Shown here: in pieces, positions 40,838 to 52,668 of the stretch
Position numbering within the stretch: position 1 is the stretch's first letter
Layout of the letters: each line of letters starts with the position of its first letter
Notes under the pieces: generated by a model
What the model was told of the DNA's origin: nothing
The model's database searches: none
What the model saw: only the letters and a program-made list of their open reading frames with translations
IMG/VR virus record: IMGVR_UViG_3300042515_001753
Coordinates: 124,001-188,000 of that record
DNA length: 64,000 bases
Strand: one strand, 5' to 3'
Made by a program: the position numbers and the translations under genes

Positions 40838-41683
40838 TCAGGACTGCCACACGGCAATCAGTTCATTTGCCTTTTTTCTGCTAGAACTGTTTGCAGAAAT
40901 GGACCTTGACACCTGAATTGAATGGATTTCGGCATTTTTATAAAGTTCTCTTGTAACGGGAACATCGTGATTAGAAAGTATCACTTTAATTCCACGATTT
41001 ACCAGAGTTTCTGCTAAATCTCTCAATTCAATCTGCTGTTCGTGAGTAAATCCATCTGTTGCATAATTGGTAAAGTTAGAAGTCTCAGATGCAGGAACAT
41101 ATGGAGGGTCAAAGTAAACAACATCACCTTCGCCTAAAGATTCATACAGCAATTCGTTAGAGAATGTGGTATTGGTGAACTCAACACATCTATTATTAAA
41201 TGTGGCAATAAAGTCCAACATTTCTTTTTCAGGAAAGTGTGCCTTTGTATTTTCTATCTTCCCAGTCTTTGAGTTCTTATTCTCTTTACCATAGGGAACA
41301 TTAAACTCATTCTTGGAATTATAACGACAAAGACCATTAAAGGCGTGTTTATTCAAGTACAGGAACAGTTTAGCTCGCTCTCTGGCATCAGTTTCAGAAT
41401 TAAACCGATTTCTCATTTCAATATACTTTTGTCTGCTATTATTATCATCAACAAATATCTGGGTACAGTCAGATACAAACTCAATATCAATATTTGTGTA
41501 AAGAAAATACAAATCCGAATTAATATCATTCAGAATATATTCATCTGCATGTACATTTAGTGCTACAGACAGACTTCCACCAAAAGGCTCACAATATCTG
41601 GTGGGAGTTCCAATTAGAGGTAAAAGATGGGGCAGGACCCTAAACTTATTTCCTGCCCACTTTAATGGAGATTTAATCATCAT
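40838..41683 (-). CDS. dam: Dam-family DNA adenine methyltransferase
   Basis: SPLKWAGNK, YCEPFGG, NDIN, FNGLCRYNS..FNVPYG, DPPY. Confidence 0.85.
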   Translation of the reverse strand: MMIKSPLKWAGNKFRVLPHLLPLIGTPTRYCEPFGGSLSVALNVHADEYILNDINSDLYFLYTNIDIEFVSDCTQIFVDDNNSRQKYIEMRNRFNSETDARERAKLFLYLNKHAFNGLCRYNSKNEFNVPYGKENKNSKTGKIENTKAHFPEKEMLDFIATFNNRCVEFTNTTFSNELLYESLGEGDVVYFDPPYVPASETSNFTNYATDGFTHEQQIELRDLAETLVNRGIKVILSNHDVPVTRELYKNAEIHSIQVSRSISANSSSRKKANELIAVWQS

Positions 41684-41741
41684 ATCCCAATATATGAATA
41701 CAACTATAACATAAAAAAGAGGGTTGTCAACCCCCTCACAA

Positions 41742-41954
41742 TCAATCATCATACATTCTACATTCTAGTGCATCAGGATGGGAATCACAATACAATTCAA
41801 GTGGTGTTGGATCGTGAGAATCTTCTGGATGATGTTCTTTATATGATTCTAATGCCTGTAGTTCTTCTGCTGTGTGTCTGCGGGTTTGTGGGGAGATTGT
41901 AGGATCATCAAGAACTTTCTTATCCTTTTCAATATGCTGATCGATTGTACTCAT
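41742..41954 (-). CDS. cp12: CP12 Calvin-cycle regulator (phage type)
   Basis: EEL...PTPLELYCDSHPDALECRMYDD C-terminal CP12 signature; no N-terminal Cys pair. Confidence 0.9.
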   Translation of the reverse strand: MSTIDQHIEKDKKVLDDPTISPQTRRHTAEELQALESYKEHHPEDSHDPTPLELYCDSHPDALECRMYDD

Positions 41955-41980
41955 AATACTCGGTAAATTAGATACAATAT

Positions 41981-42870
41981 TTATTTTGTTTGTGAAGATA
42001 CAAAGTTTCCTTTACCATAGAGAGACCTTACAAATAATGCAGTAAATTCCTCCATCTTTTGGGGGCATACTTGACTTGGATCGTAATTAATTGCTTCTCT
42101 CAGAGCATTCAGTTCTCTCCACTCTTCTTGACTGAGATATTCTGAGTTTGTTTTGGGAAGTGTCATAGGTTTAATAAGAATGTTAGGATTCTAACACAAA
42201 TCCTTTATATTATGTAGAAATTTAACATTCTCTTTTGTTTTCGATAAATTCATCTAAAGCATCCAAATCATCTTTGAGTTCTTTTTCTTGCTTTTGATCG
42301 TGATAATAAGACCACAGGGCATTATGAACCTCCATAAGGTGATCCACCCAGAAACCAGTAGGATAGATTCCCAAAGCATCTTGCAGTCCTCTGTGACTGG
42401 TTCCTTCACTTTCTGCCTTACACATAATATAGCAGATTGCCTGAACCATATCAAGTTTATCAGACTCAGAGAGCATAAAGTACTTACCTACTGCTCGTTG
42501 CTTTGCTTCTTCATTTGCCTTTTGCATTTCTTTGCAGGCATCAGAGTCCCACCATTCTTTCAAACTCTCCCCTAGAGTATTTGGTTTTTGTAATTCTTCT
42601 GGACTTATTAGAGGATTTTCTTCAGTATTAGGTTCGGTCATCATCTGCTCCAAATATGGTTCCGAAAAATCCAGTATCACCGAATTTACGGTTTTCCAGT
42701 TTATCCAGAATTGAATCAGTATTTTGAACTGATTCAATACGACTAATCATATCAGAAATCACCAAACATACCATAGGTCGTTCTTGTCGTGCCGCAAATG
42801 CCAGTGCTGCTCTCAAAGATTGTTCTGCATCTTTTAAATTTTCTTCAACTGATTTTGATAGTGCCATCGT
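41981..42870 (-). other. hypothetical ORFs (41981-42166, 42222-42644, 42628-42867)
   Basis: Coupled ORFs. Confidence 0.55.
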
Positions 42871-43020
42871 TTTCCTCCTCAAATAACATACAATCAATAC
42901 AGGACTTTATTTCCAACATATCATCCTTAGAAAGTCCATCTAAGGTAATTGCTTGCTTCTCAAACGCAACGGTGATATTATAAACTTCACCATCAAATCC
43001 ACCACAGGTTTGTATAGTTC

Positions 43021-43725
43021 TCATTCTTTAATCCAGAAACCATCATCAGTCATAGTCCAACCAGCAGCAATTGCCTCATCGTGATTTAAGGTCTTTTCAA
43101 TCTTTCGCAGAAGAAAAGTACCATCATTCCTATCCACCCATTCTACATCATCACCTTGTTTAAGATTTGCTGCTTCCAACAAGTCATCGGGGAAGGTGAT
43201 AAAGTATTCAGTTTCTCCAGTATCACCATTCTCCACTTCTTCTACAGGAAGTTGCCACTTGACTACTTTATCTTTCTTTGAATTTGCAATAAGATACTCC
43301 AAGTCACTATGTCCCCAAGGTGGCATACAATCATCCTTTACTTCTTCTGAGTCCCAAAAGTTATTCCAAGCACCTTTACACTCTGGTGATGAGTCATCTT
43401 TATCGCAGGTGACTGGAGAAATATAAGAAGGAGTCATATTTCCTGCCGTATCAACATTAAAAAAGGCAGTATTCTCTTCTTTACCGGCAACAACAGTCTC
43501 TTGCCAGGCAAGTTTGAACTTTTCATCAAACTCATTCAGATAGTATTCAAGAAACTCATAAGCAGCAGACATCATAGTTTCTGCTTTATCGTATTGATGT
43601 TCTTGAATCCTATCTATTGCAGCATCAATAATCTCACGGGCAGAACAAATCTTGGATGTAATCATCTCAAGTTCGTTCATCGTTTCCCAGACTTTATTTA
43701 CCATGTCGTTTGAGTTCCTCCTCAA
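43021..43725 (-). CDS. multidomain protein: coiled N-terminus, CP12-N-like Cys pair, C-terminal AbrB/MazE-like domain
   Basis: TCDKDDSSPECKGAW; EYFITFPDDLLEAANLKQGDDVEW. Confidence 0.5.
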   Translation of the reverse strand: MRRNSNDMVNKVWETMNELEMITSKICSAREIIDAAIDRIQEHQYDKAETMMSAAYEFLEYYLNEFDEKFKLAWQETVVAGKEENTAFFNVDTAGNMTPSYISPVTCDKDDSSPECKGAWNNFWDSEEVKDDCMPPWGHSDLEYLIANSKKDKVVKWQLPVEEVENGDTGETEYFITFPDDLLEAANLKQGDDVEWVDRNDGTFLLRKIEKTLNHDEAIAAGWTMTDDGFWIKE

Positions 43726-45438
43726 CTGCTTGCTGTACTATAACCTGAATCTCAGCAGAAGTCAACCCATTTAACCACTTCCAGTTCGGGTCTTCCTTGT
43801 CCCAGTCCATCGTAAATGAACCATCGGCATTTTCAGTAATCTTAAGAGTATCAATCTCTTGGTTTGGGTTTGTTACACTCATTACAATAAAAACTAAATC
43901 CTTCTTTAAAGTATTTTACCACCTGATAGTGCTCTGCGTCAAGTGGTTTCTCTTCACCACACTTAGAGCAGACTCTAGTTTGGGGACTCCCAGTCGGACT
44001 TTTCTTCCTTACGGAGAGTCTTAAGTTCTTTGTAAAGTTCCTTGATTTGCTGGTAAGCGTCTTCTGGCGACATTTTATCTGCGATTTCAAGTCCTGCAAT
44101 GAGACCCACTTTATCACCAAACCGAGCGAGTGCCCGTTCAAAAACTGTAAGCGATTCATACATCTTCGGTAATTCCACAATGTTCGGCAAGAATATCTAT
44201 ACGGGCATCAACCGCATCTATAGAGTTGGCATTTTCATATAAGCAATTGGTAGTTTCTATATTCTCTTCTTCAAGACGCTTAATGTCTATAAGAGCACCT
44301 TCGTACTTTTGTTCCAGAGTAGTAATGCGTTCTGCAAGTAGTAGAACTTGTTTGGCAAGAGAAGAACAAAGTCCCACAAGACAATATTCATTATCATATT
44401 CATCAAAAACGATAAGTTTGTGCTTGTCAGGCATCTCATAATCTTTGAGAAACCAATCAAATAATCTAAATCTCATTACAGCACTCCAATTTCTTTAAGA
44501 TAATTCCTATACCTCATAAATCTACCCACACTTGGTTGATTAGGAACATTCAGTTGATGGCAAATCTCTGCATATGCCAAAAATTCCGCCCAAGGTGTGG
44601 TGTAATCCAGAGTATGATATGGATAATCAGAGTTTTCCATCCACACTTCCCTGATGAGTAATTACTTCCATAAATCCTTCTTGAAGACCTTTCATATAGT
44701 ACCTAGTAGCATTAATACAACCTTCTTCAGTCAGTGATGTAATAAGTCGTTTTTCTTCTTTATTATAGGAGTGATATACATCCCATCTTGCTTTTTCAAT
44801 ATAAAAGCAATCATCAATCAGTTTCTTTTCATCCATTTTTATAGGTGATTGTATAATCTTTTTTCTTAAAGTTGTTGCGGGCAATGTACTTTTGAGCGTG
44901 GTCTTCGGTCTGGAAATAACAGGTCTTGACATCCTTTAGTTCTTTACCATCCTTATGAGTAATTTTAATAGGAAATCCATCTCCGTGAGGAAACTCTTCT
45001 TTAATGGGTTTGATCATATGTTGGCAAAGTGTTCCAGATACTCAGTCATCATAGCAAGACTTTGACTATTCGTCAAGTTCCTGTGCGAGTTGTAGCATAT
45101 CATTTTTATCCAGAACAATCAAATTGTCTTGAGCAGTATAAAACCTTACAGTTTCTGCGGCAACTTGTAGAATTGCAGAAACCAATTTCTCTTCAGTATC
45201 GGCACCTTGATTGTTCCTACAATCCCATACTGCGTTCATAAATGCTTGTGAGCGTTCAGACATAAGTTTCGTCCTCAAAGGTAAAGTATTCGTAAATTTG
45301 TGCCATTACACACTCTTCAAGATGTGCCATGATTGACCCTTCATTAGGATTTTCTACATGCTTATGAGCACGTTGCCAACCACGACGCACACCCTCCTCG
45401 ATTGCTTGTTCTAGTATCACAAGTGTTTTTACTTTCAT
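43694..45438 (-). other. small hypothetical ORFs
   Basis: Coupled ORF chain. Confidence 0.5.
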
Positions 45439-46235
45439 AGTTCCACCTCAAAGTTAGGATCAAAGTTAATGTTCAGGTCTGCATTATTATATCCGTTGTA
45501 GTAACCACGAGGATTACATACAACTCTACAATTACCAATTTTGTAATCTAGACTCTCGTGAGTATGACCGTGACTCCAGTATTTGATTTGAGGATTATTC
45601 AAAATCAAATCATCGAGGTCACTTACATAAGCACCATTCGCAATTCCAGAACTTCTATATTTTGGATGAACGGATTCATAAGAAGGTCCGTGATGTGTAA
45701 GAACCCAGACCTTTTGGTTCTCAAATATAGGTAGAGTGTCCAGAAGAAACTGTTTAGATTTCTTATGAAACTTGAGAGTATCATCGGGAGTTAGTTTGCG
45801 GTAGTTAGAACCAATACGAATGACCTTATAATCATTCATACATTGGGAAGCTTCCATCATCTCCAGAGCATTCTCATTACGAAAATCAGTCCAAAGTGTG
45901 GAACCTATGAAATTCCAATCTTGGATTTTCACCACACTATTTTCCATCAGGTGAATACCATCAGGTAGATGCTCTGCAAGAACATTCCAAGTTCCTTCGT
46001 AGTTGTATCCATATGCTTCGTGGTTTCCTGCAAGATACAGAACCCAATCAAAGTTATCTACACACCTTTGTAGAAAGTCCTTATAAACTTTCTTAAGAGG
46101 TCCGTCCTTCTTAAAATGACGAGCACATAGAATGTCCCCACCAAGAATTAGGACTTCACCTTCTCCCAGATCAGGAACACCGTGACCGTGCTCGCAACAC
46201 TCTAAATGTAAATCCGAAATCACGCGCACTCTCAT
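45435..46235 (-). CDS. calcineurin-like metallophosphoesterase
   Basis: SDLH, GGDI, GNHE, THH, HGHTH, NPRGY. Confidence 0.9.
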   Translation of the reverse strand: MRVRVISDLHLECCEHGHGVPDLGEGEVLILGGDILCARHFKKDGPLKKVYKDFLQRCVDNFDWVLYLAGNHEAYGYNYEGTWNVLAEHLPDGIHLMENSVVKIQDWNFIGSTLWTDFRNENALEMMEASQCMNDYKVIRIGSNYRKLTPDDTLKFHKKSKQFLLDTLPIFENQKVWVLTHHGPSYESVHPKYRSSGIANGAYVSDLDDLILNNPQIKYWSHGHTHESLDYKIGNCRVVCNPRGYYNGYNNADLNINFDPNFEVEL

Positions 46236-48922
46236 AATACCTCCCAGTGTGCGTCAGCTTTGTCACCAAAACGATTTACACCCTCACGAGTTGATACCCA
46301 AAAAAAGTATTTGCGATTTGCTGATGCGAGAAACAACTCACCACCAGTATCCTGTTCTACAACACACAGAGGATTACCCTCCATCGTGTTAGCAAGACGG
46401 TTCTTTGCCTTACTGGATTTGGGTTTGACTGTGACTAATCGGCGGTTCATCGGTCTGTTTTAGATATACTCATTATAGGGGTAGTTTCACCCATTTTGGG
46501 GGTGGTTGTGCCAGTTCTTCAATTGGATTAGTCATTCCGATTTTAGCATAGAAAAATACATCTTATAGTATTTTTTCTTGAGTTGAGTTATGATCTCAAA
46601 GTCTTCTTCATCAATACAATCAAGTAAGTATGAAACTCCCTCAAGCTCACTCAATAATCTTGCTATTGTTGTTGAGTTCAGTTGCTTTACATTCCATTTC
46701 TGCCTGAAGTTCTCTTGCGAGTTTTTCATACTTCCATTTCATCATCAGGTTTGTAATAGGATTTTTTGGATGAAGTCTTATCATCCATAACATTCTTTCG
46801 GTATTGATTTTTATAATTTTGAAAATAAGAGTCAAATATACTGCTATATTTTCATCTACCCATATAAGGTATGCAAGTATTCCAAATATTACCACACAGG
46901 CAGATTGAAATGGAGTCATTTTAGTCCCAAAAAATTTCTAGTGATTTGAGAGCACGAAAGAATTGCCCTGCATAATATGTATCAGGATTAGACATCTGCT
47001 GTAATTCTTTGATGTATGCAATGATACCTTCTGTGGCAGGATTTATCTCAAAATACTCATAAAACCGAAAGACATCAAACTTCTCATTATATTGGAACAT
47101 CGTATTCCAGTTTTCTTGATATCCTTTGGTATAAACATCTTCTCTTTCAATATTATTGAGATTTATGAATTCAAGAGGAATCAGTTTTGAATCATCTTCA
47201 CTTCCTTCTGGTTCATCATACTTCATTTCATCAAATAAATCCTTCCCTGTCCTTTTGTTAATCATACGAAGACCATCAGAATACTTTTGATGAAGGTCTA
47301 AATCCTGAACAATCTCAGACTTTTTCCATTCTTTAGACTCATTCAGAAATCTCTGCTTTGTGCTGTAGTATTCATCATCAGTATCAGATGCACGAAAAAC
47401 AAGGTTGATACGATAGCAACCTTGTTCGTGATATGATTTCCACTTTCTTTGAGAAAAGTGAAGTATTTCAAATGAGGATTGAGTCATTATTCCATTTTAT
47501 AAGCGAGTATATTTAGAACCCGACTGCCTTAGATTTCTTTTTAGGTTTATCAAGGGCATTTACATAATCCAAATAATCGGGGATTTGATTGTGAACGAAC
47601 CAATACCCCTGAACGCCCTCCCAATCGTCAAAAAATACGGTTTTGCCACTTTTCAGGACAAGTTCGTAGTTATGACGGTCATATGGGACATCAGAGGTTT
47701 GTTGAAATACTTCCATCACTGAACTCCATCAAACTGACGAACGAACCGAAGACACTGTTTAAATTTTTGGAATTCAGCATCCGAAAAATTATCAGAAGCA
47801 TAAGGAATGCCCACAATTGCGGCACAAACCCGATTCACATTCACAGTAATCATCATCTCATTTGCCGATGCCGGTTGAATGAACAGAAGAGGCAGAAGAA
47901 AGACAATCTTTTTCATAGATAGTTCTCAAGACTGGATGATGAACTCCGCTTTCGTGGAGTCTGTTTGACTTTTTTCTGAATGTAATCCTTGGCAGTTGTG
48001 AGATTGTTTGAGGTATGAACCTGTTCACCATTACAGATAATGACGAACTTATTACCCCAAGGAACTGCTGCCCATTTTCCGTCTTTAGTTACATAACCGG
48101 CAGGGTCTGAAGGTTTATTATTCAGAATATCATAATTAGGAGTATTTGGTATTTTAGGGGTCAGCATGTGACATTCACAACTCTGGCGTTTGGATTTCGT
48201 GCCTCAATAACTCTTTTTGCCTCAGCAGGATTGTTAGCATATACTTCTTCTGTTTGGCGTTGATTACCGGCAATAAAAATCACCCGATACTTCATTTGAG
48301 TTTCCTCTTTTGGTTACTTGTGTATTATAGCAGGAAAGGGGTCCGTTGAGAACCCCCTGTGCCAGTTTGAAAAGTGTCTTAAGGTTTAAGGAATAAGATC
48401 AGAATTACCTCCATCAATCCAAAGATTATCATCTACTTGAATATAACCAATTTCATTTACATTTTCATAATGTTCTTGGAGACGGGCAACCTTATTTTTC
48501 AATCCAATACTTTCGATAACATATCCTTCAAGTGTTTGAGTCGTAACATCCGGATCATCACTAAGTTCTTCCAAATGATGACGTTCGTTATTATCTACAA
48601 GAGGTGCAAGAGTTTCCCAAGTGTTACCAAAACCATTTGCAAGACAAGGATTACAGTTCAACTTATACATTAAATTAGATACCATCACCATAATATTTTT
48701 AGCATTTGGATTATCAAGTGTATATTCAAATGCTTCAGAAAATCCAAGTCCAGATTGACCCGTTCGAATTACATCAATTTGATTACCATCATCATCATAG
48801 TTATCACTATAATCAATTGATTGCTCACAAAGTTCTGGTTCGTTGCGAAGTAATTCCCAACAAAACTCAAGAATATTGCAAAGTGTATCATATTCAGTTG
48901 GAGACAAAATTGGTTTAGTCAT
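46232..48922 (-). other. hypothetical ORFs (46232-46450, 46647-46919, 46921-47487, 47513-47719, 47716-47916, 47913-48167, 48386-48922)
   Basis: ORF track. Confidence 0.55.
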
Positions 48923-48988
48923 AATGTTTTGAAGTGCCTGGATATTATAGCAGGAAAGGGGTCCCTTGAGAACCCCCTGTGCCAGTTT

Positions 48989-49480
48989 TTAATCTGGACA
49001 CCCAGCACCATATTTTATGGCAACTGAAAAACGGTGTCTATCATAAAAAGATGTTGCTTTATGAAGTAAACTTGCATTAAAAGCAACTAGACGATTTGGA
49101 ATAGGCAGAATTCCATAAAGTCTTTCATCAATAAAAAATTGAGTTTCTCCACCATCATCCAAATCCCAAGTTTCATTTGGATAATATAAAAATGTAACTT
49201 CTTCACTACTTCCATCAGTATGAAAATAAGGATTTTCTGATGGAGCAAAACAATTTATGTACATCCTGTACAATTTGAGATTTGTAACAAACTCTTTAGT
49301 TTTAGTTTTAAATAAATTATAAATTGGTTCGGTTTCTGAAATGTTATGAACCATTCCAGTAGGCGGATGATTTTCATCATCTGCTTCACCATAGGTATAC
49401 ACAGAAGATTTACAATATTCCAAAACAAAATCAAATTGTTCTTGTGATAGAAAATTATCGGTCACTTCAATCATATACAC
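48989..49480 (-). CDS. 2OG-Fe(II) oxygenase
   Basis: HTD, GGET.F, H, R.S. Confidence 0.85.
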   Translation of the reverse strand: MYMIEVTDNFLSQEQFDFVLEYCKSSVYTYGEADDENHPPTGMVHNISETEPIYNLFKTKTKEFVTNLKLYRMYINCFAPSENPYFHTDGSSEEVTFLYYPNETWDLDDGGETQFFIDERLYGILPIPNRLVAFNASLLHKATSFYDRHRFSVAIKYGAGCPD

Positions 49481-50061
49481 TCCTCATAATGAATACCGTA
49501 CTTTATGGCAATTGAAAAGCGATGCCGATTACGAAAAGGTGTTGCCGTATGTTCTAAATTAGCATCAAATGAAATTAAACGATTTGGAATGGGTGGAATT
49601 CCATAAAATCCCCCATCAATAAAAAACTTGGTTTCTCCACCATCATCTAAGTCCCAAGTTTCATTTGGATAATATAGAAATGTAGTTCCAACCTCTCCAT
49701 CAGTATGAAAATAAGACTTTTCTAATGCGGCAAAACAATTGATGTAAATTCTTGTAATATCTTTTGTTTTATACTGTGTAAATTGAGTTTCTATTGAACT
49801 TGAAAATAGATCAAACAATTTTTTTTGATTAACAATTTTTGAAGGGTCTCCTCCAATTAAATGTGATTCATCTGATAATGGATTATCCTCAGTGTGATGA
49901 TAAACTTCGTGAACTAATCCAGTACAGTATTTAAAATTAGTTGGAGAATTAGAATCTGAACCGCCACCTTCTCCATAAAAATAAGATGCTTTGATACAAT
50001 AGTCAAGAATAAAAAGATGTTCTTCTTCAGTAAAAAAATTATCATAAACATCAATACTCAT
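49471..50061 (-). CDS. 2OG-Fe(II) oxygenase (paralog of the previous gene)
   Basis: Shares TFLYYPNETWDLDDGGET; HTD...H...R.S. Confidence 0.85.
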   Translation of the reverse strand: MSIDVYDNFFTEEEHLFILDYCIKASYFYGEGGGSDSNSPTNFKYCTGLVHEVYHHTEDNPLSDESHLIGGDPSKIVNQKKLFDLFSSSIETQFTQYKTKDITRIYINCFAALEKSYFHTDGEVGTTFLYYPNETWDLDDGGETKFFIDGGFYGIPPIPNRLISFDANLEHTATPFRNRHRFSIAIKYGIHYEECI

Positions 50062-50714
50062 ATTGATTCATCTCCGTACTGCAAAACCTTAATATTCATA
50101 GCAATTGTTATACGAGGATAATCTTCAGTATAAGCACAAGGTTCTACCGAATGTCTAAGATACGATGGAAACATTATAAAATCTCCCTCTTGAATTTTTG
50201 GTTTATATTTACTATCATATTGATTTCTATTAAACTCTAGTGAAAAACATCTTAATTGCTCTAAAGGGTCTCTAAAAATAGGAGGTTTATGTCTAGTTTT
50301 ATCAAATGAAAGAAAATGAATGCAAGAGAAGTGAGTGCTTCTAAAAATATTTCCCAGATGATCATGGTCTTCCTGATATTCTCCATTAGTATAGCAATTG
50401 TACCATATCTCATCAATCATAATTTGATATGTTGAGTCAAAAAAACTGTCAAGACATTTGGCATATTTTTTTTCTAAAATTGATTGATATGTATTGTCTT
50501 CTCCAAAAAATATTTCTTCTCCTGGTTTTTCCCCAGAAAAAGATGTTTTAAGTTTATTAGTAAACCATCCTTCGGGAATTGAAAGTTCCTCAGAATCCTT
50601 AAGAATCTTTGGTACTAACATTTCTTTTATTTCATCATTATTTTCAATTTTACTGTGAAAAAATGATACTGGAAAAATAGGAATCCTACTTTGGTTATCA
50701 AAATCTTTACCCAT
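50058..50714 (-). CDS. putative 2OG-Fe(II) oxygenase
   Basis: QEDHDH, FPSYLRHSV, RITIAMN. Confidence 0.75.
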   Translation of the reverse strand: MGKDFDNQSRIPIFPVSFFHSKIENNDEIKEMLVPKILKDSEELSIPEGWFTNKLKTSFSGEKPGEEIFFGEDNTYQSILEKKYAKCLDSFFDSTYQIMIDEIWYNCYTNGEYQEDHDHLGNIFRSTHFSCIHFLSFDKTRHKPPIFRDPLEQLRCFSLEFNRNQYDSKYKPKIQEGDFIMFPSYLRHSVEPCAYTEDYPRITIAMNIKVLQYGDESI

Positions 50715-51399
50715 CTATATCATCCTCAATTTTTACTACAATATTTCCAGAAATACTTATCCTATAGTCGTCAGAAGTATAAAATGGATAAACACTATGA
50801 TTTAACCAGGATGGAAACATTACCATAGTTCCCTCCCAAGTTTTATCTATAAACAAAGGCAAAGTCTCCATATTTCCATTTGGGGAAATAAAATGAAATT
50901 CAAATAAAGAATTTAAGGATTCATTTGAATTCCTACAATTTTTATGATCTAATTCATTAGTTAAATCATAAGGAATACGCATCCAAATTACAAATGAATA
51001 ATCTCCTGCGTGAGAATGTCGTGGATTAAACTCATATTTTTTTTGCAAGTTAATCCAAAGACTTTCAAGTTCATAATTAATTTCTCTCTCAAAAAAGTTA
51101 TTATCGTGGTCAAATTTTTTAACGGGATTTAGTTGCTCGTCTTCTACTACCCGAAAATAACTTTTAGCAACATCAATAGAAAAATTCTCAATTAAATGTG
51201 AGGATTCAGTAGAAAGTTTATATTCTTCTTCAATATTTCCTGCCAAATAATGATTCCATTTTATAAGATTAGATTTATTCTCTAAAATAAAATCAATATC
51301 TTCATTTATTTTTTCAAGAATATCTTCTGGAAGTTTTGTTCTAACATAATATAAAGATGTAATTGGTTCGGCATATATTTTAAGTTGTTCTTCATCCAT
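50707..51399 (-). CDS. putative 2OG-Fe(II) oxygenase
   Basis: EFNPRHSH, FPSWLNHSVYPF, RISISGN. Confidence 0.75.
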   Translation of the reverse strand: MDEEQLKIYAEPITSLYYVRTKLPEDILEKINEDIDFILENKSNLIKWNHYLAGNIEEEYKLSTESSHLIENFSIDVAKSYFRVVEDEQLNPVKKFDHDNNFFEREINYELESLWINLQKKYEFNPRHSHAGDYSFVIWMRIPYDLTNELDHKNCRNSNESLNSLFEFHFISPNGNMETLPLFIDKTWEGTMVMFPSWLNHSVYPFYTSDDYRISISGNIVVKIEDDIDG

Positions 51400-51432
51400 A
51401 ATTAATTTGTTCTATAAGTTAATTATATCACA

Positions 51433-52668
51433 TCAGCGATTGATTGTGCTGACTGCAACGTCTCCCTGCTTAAAGATGATGTCCACCACGTTCTGGACCT
51501 TCTGTGCGGTGCCCGTAGATGCCTTGTCAAAGGTCGGGCAGATGACCAGACCATAGGATTTGGTGTAGGAGTCCAAAGCACCTGCCTGAAGGGCACCAGA
51601 GCGGATTCCAGCGGCATCTGCAGGGTGAAGGCGCAGCGTCCGCCCAACGGTCTGACCGATGCCCACGATGTCCATAGAGCGCATAAACACGACCGCTTCC
51701 AGAGCAGAGATGTTGATGCCTTCTGCCAAAATGCTGTGATGAAGAACCACAAACTTCTTGTCTGCATCCTTACCCCATTCGTTGAGAGTGTCAAAGAACA
51801 CCTCACGATTCACCTTATCACCATCAATAAATGCACCGTGCTTAGAAGTGATGTGCATCACAGAATAACCTTCCTCTGCCAGTTGTTCGGCAAAGTCAGT
51901 TTCGGAAAGCAAACCAATAATGTGCTTGGTTGCCTTGGCACAAATCAGAATCTTATCAACGGGATTGTCCTGAATGGTCTGAAGAAGATACTCACAGTCA
52001 CGCTGAGCAATATCCTCACCCTTGACAGAAAGGCGCATTTGAGTTGCAATCACCTTAGGAGGAATGATGTAACCGTTCTGAACCAGTTGAGGAGCAGGAA
52101 CCTTAGCGATGATGCTACCGTAGACCTCAGTATCATTCATACCTGCCTTACCAATTACATTACTGTATTTGGGAGTGGCGGTGAAGAAGAAACAACGCTC
52201 TGCCTCTGCACTGAAATACTCTACCGCAGGGAAGAAATGGCGTTGAATGCTATTGTGCGCCTCATCAAACAAAGTAGTGTTGACTTTAATATCAGCACGT
52301 TGAAGTTGCTGTAGAGAATTATAGGTAGTGAAGATAAGTTTGTGACCTTGTGTTTGTTCGTACCAAGTACGAATTACACTAGGTTTCGTGGTGCTAAAAT
52401 GTCTAGTTTCTCCCGAGTGGATATGAAGAACAGAAGCGTTGGTGATGAACTCCAAATATTCACTAGAAAGTTGTTCTGCCAACAAAATACGAGGACTAAC
52501 AACTACAATAGTCTTAGGAGCATCAGACTTGAATTGCTCCATCGCATCAAAGATACCAACGTTGGTCTTACCACCACCGGTAGGAAACACACAGATACCT
52601 TTAGAATGCTGTTGCAGAGCATTCAGGGCATCTTGCTGGTGGGGACGGAGTTGAATCACGTTTCTCAT
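51433..52668 (-). CDS. SF2 DEAH helicase (ResIII-like)
   Basis: LRPHQ, PTGGGKT, DEAH, TATP, LAEGIN, QTVGRTLR. Confidence 0.9.
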   Translation of the reverse strand: MRNVIQLRPHQQDALNALQQHSKGICVFPTGGGKTNVGIFDAMEQFKSDAPKTIVVVSPRILLAEQLSSEYLEFITNASVLHIHSGETRHFSTTKPSVIRTWYEQTQGHKLIFTTYNSLQQLQRADIKVNTTLFDEAHNSIQRHFFPAVEYFSAEAERCFFFTATPKYSNVIGKAGMNDTEVYGSIIAKVPAPQLVQNGYIIPPKVIATQMRLSVKGEDIAQRDCEYLLQTIQDNPVDKILICAKATKHIIGLLSETDFAEQLAEEGYSVMHITSKHGAFIDGDKVNREVFFDTLNEWGKDADKKFVVLHHSILAEGINISALEAVVFMRSMDIVGIGQTVGRTLRLHPADAAGIRSGALQAGALDSYTKSYGLVICPTFDKASTGTAQKVQNVVDIIFKQGDVAVSTINR

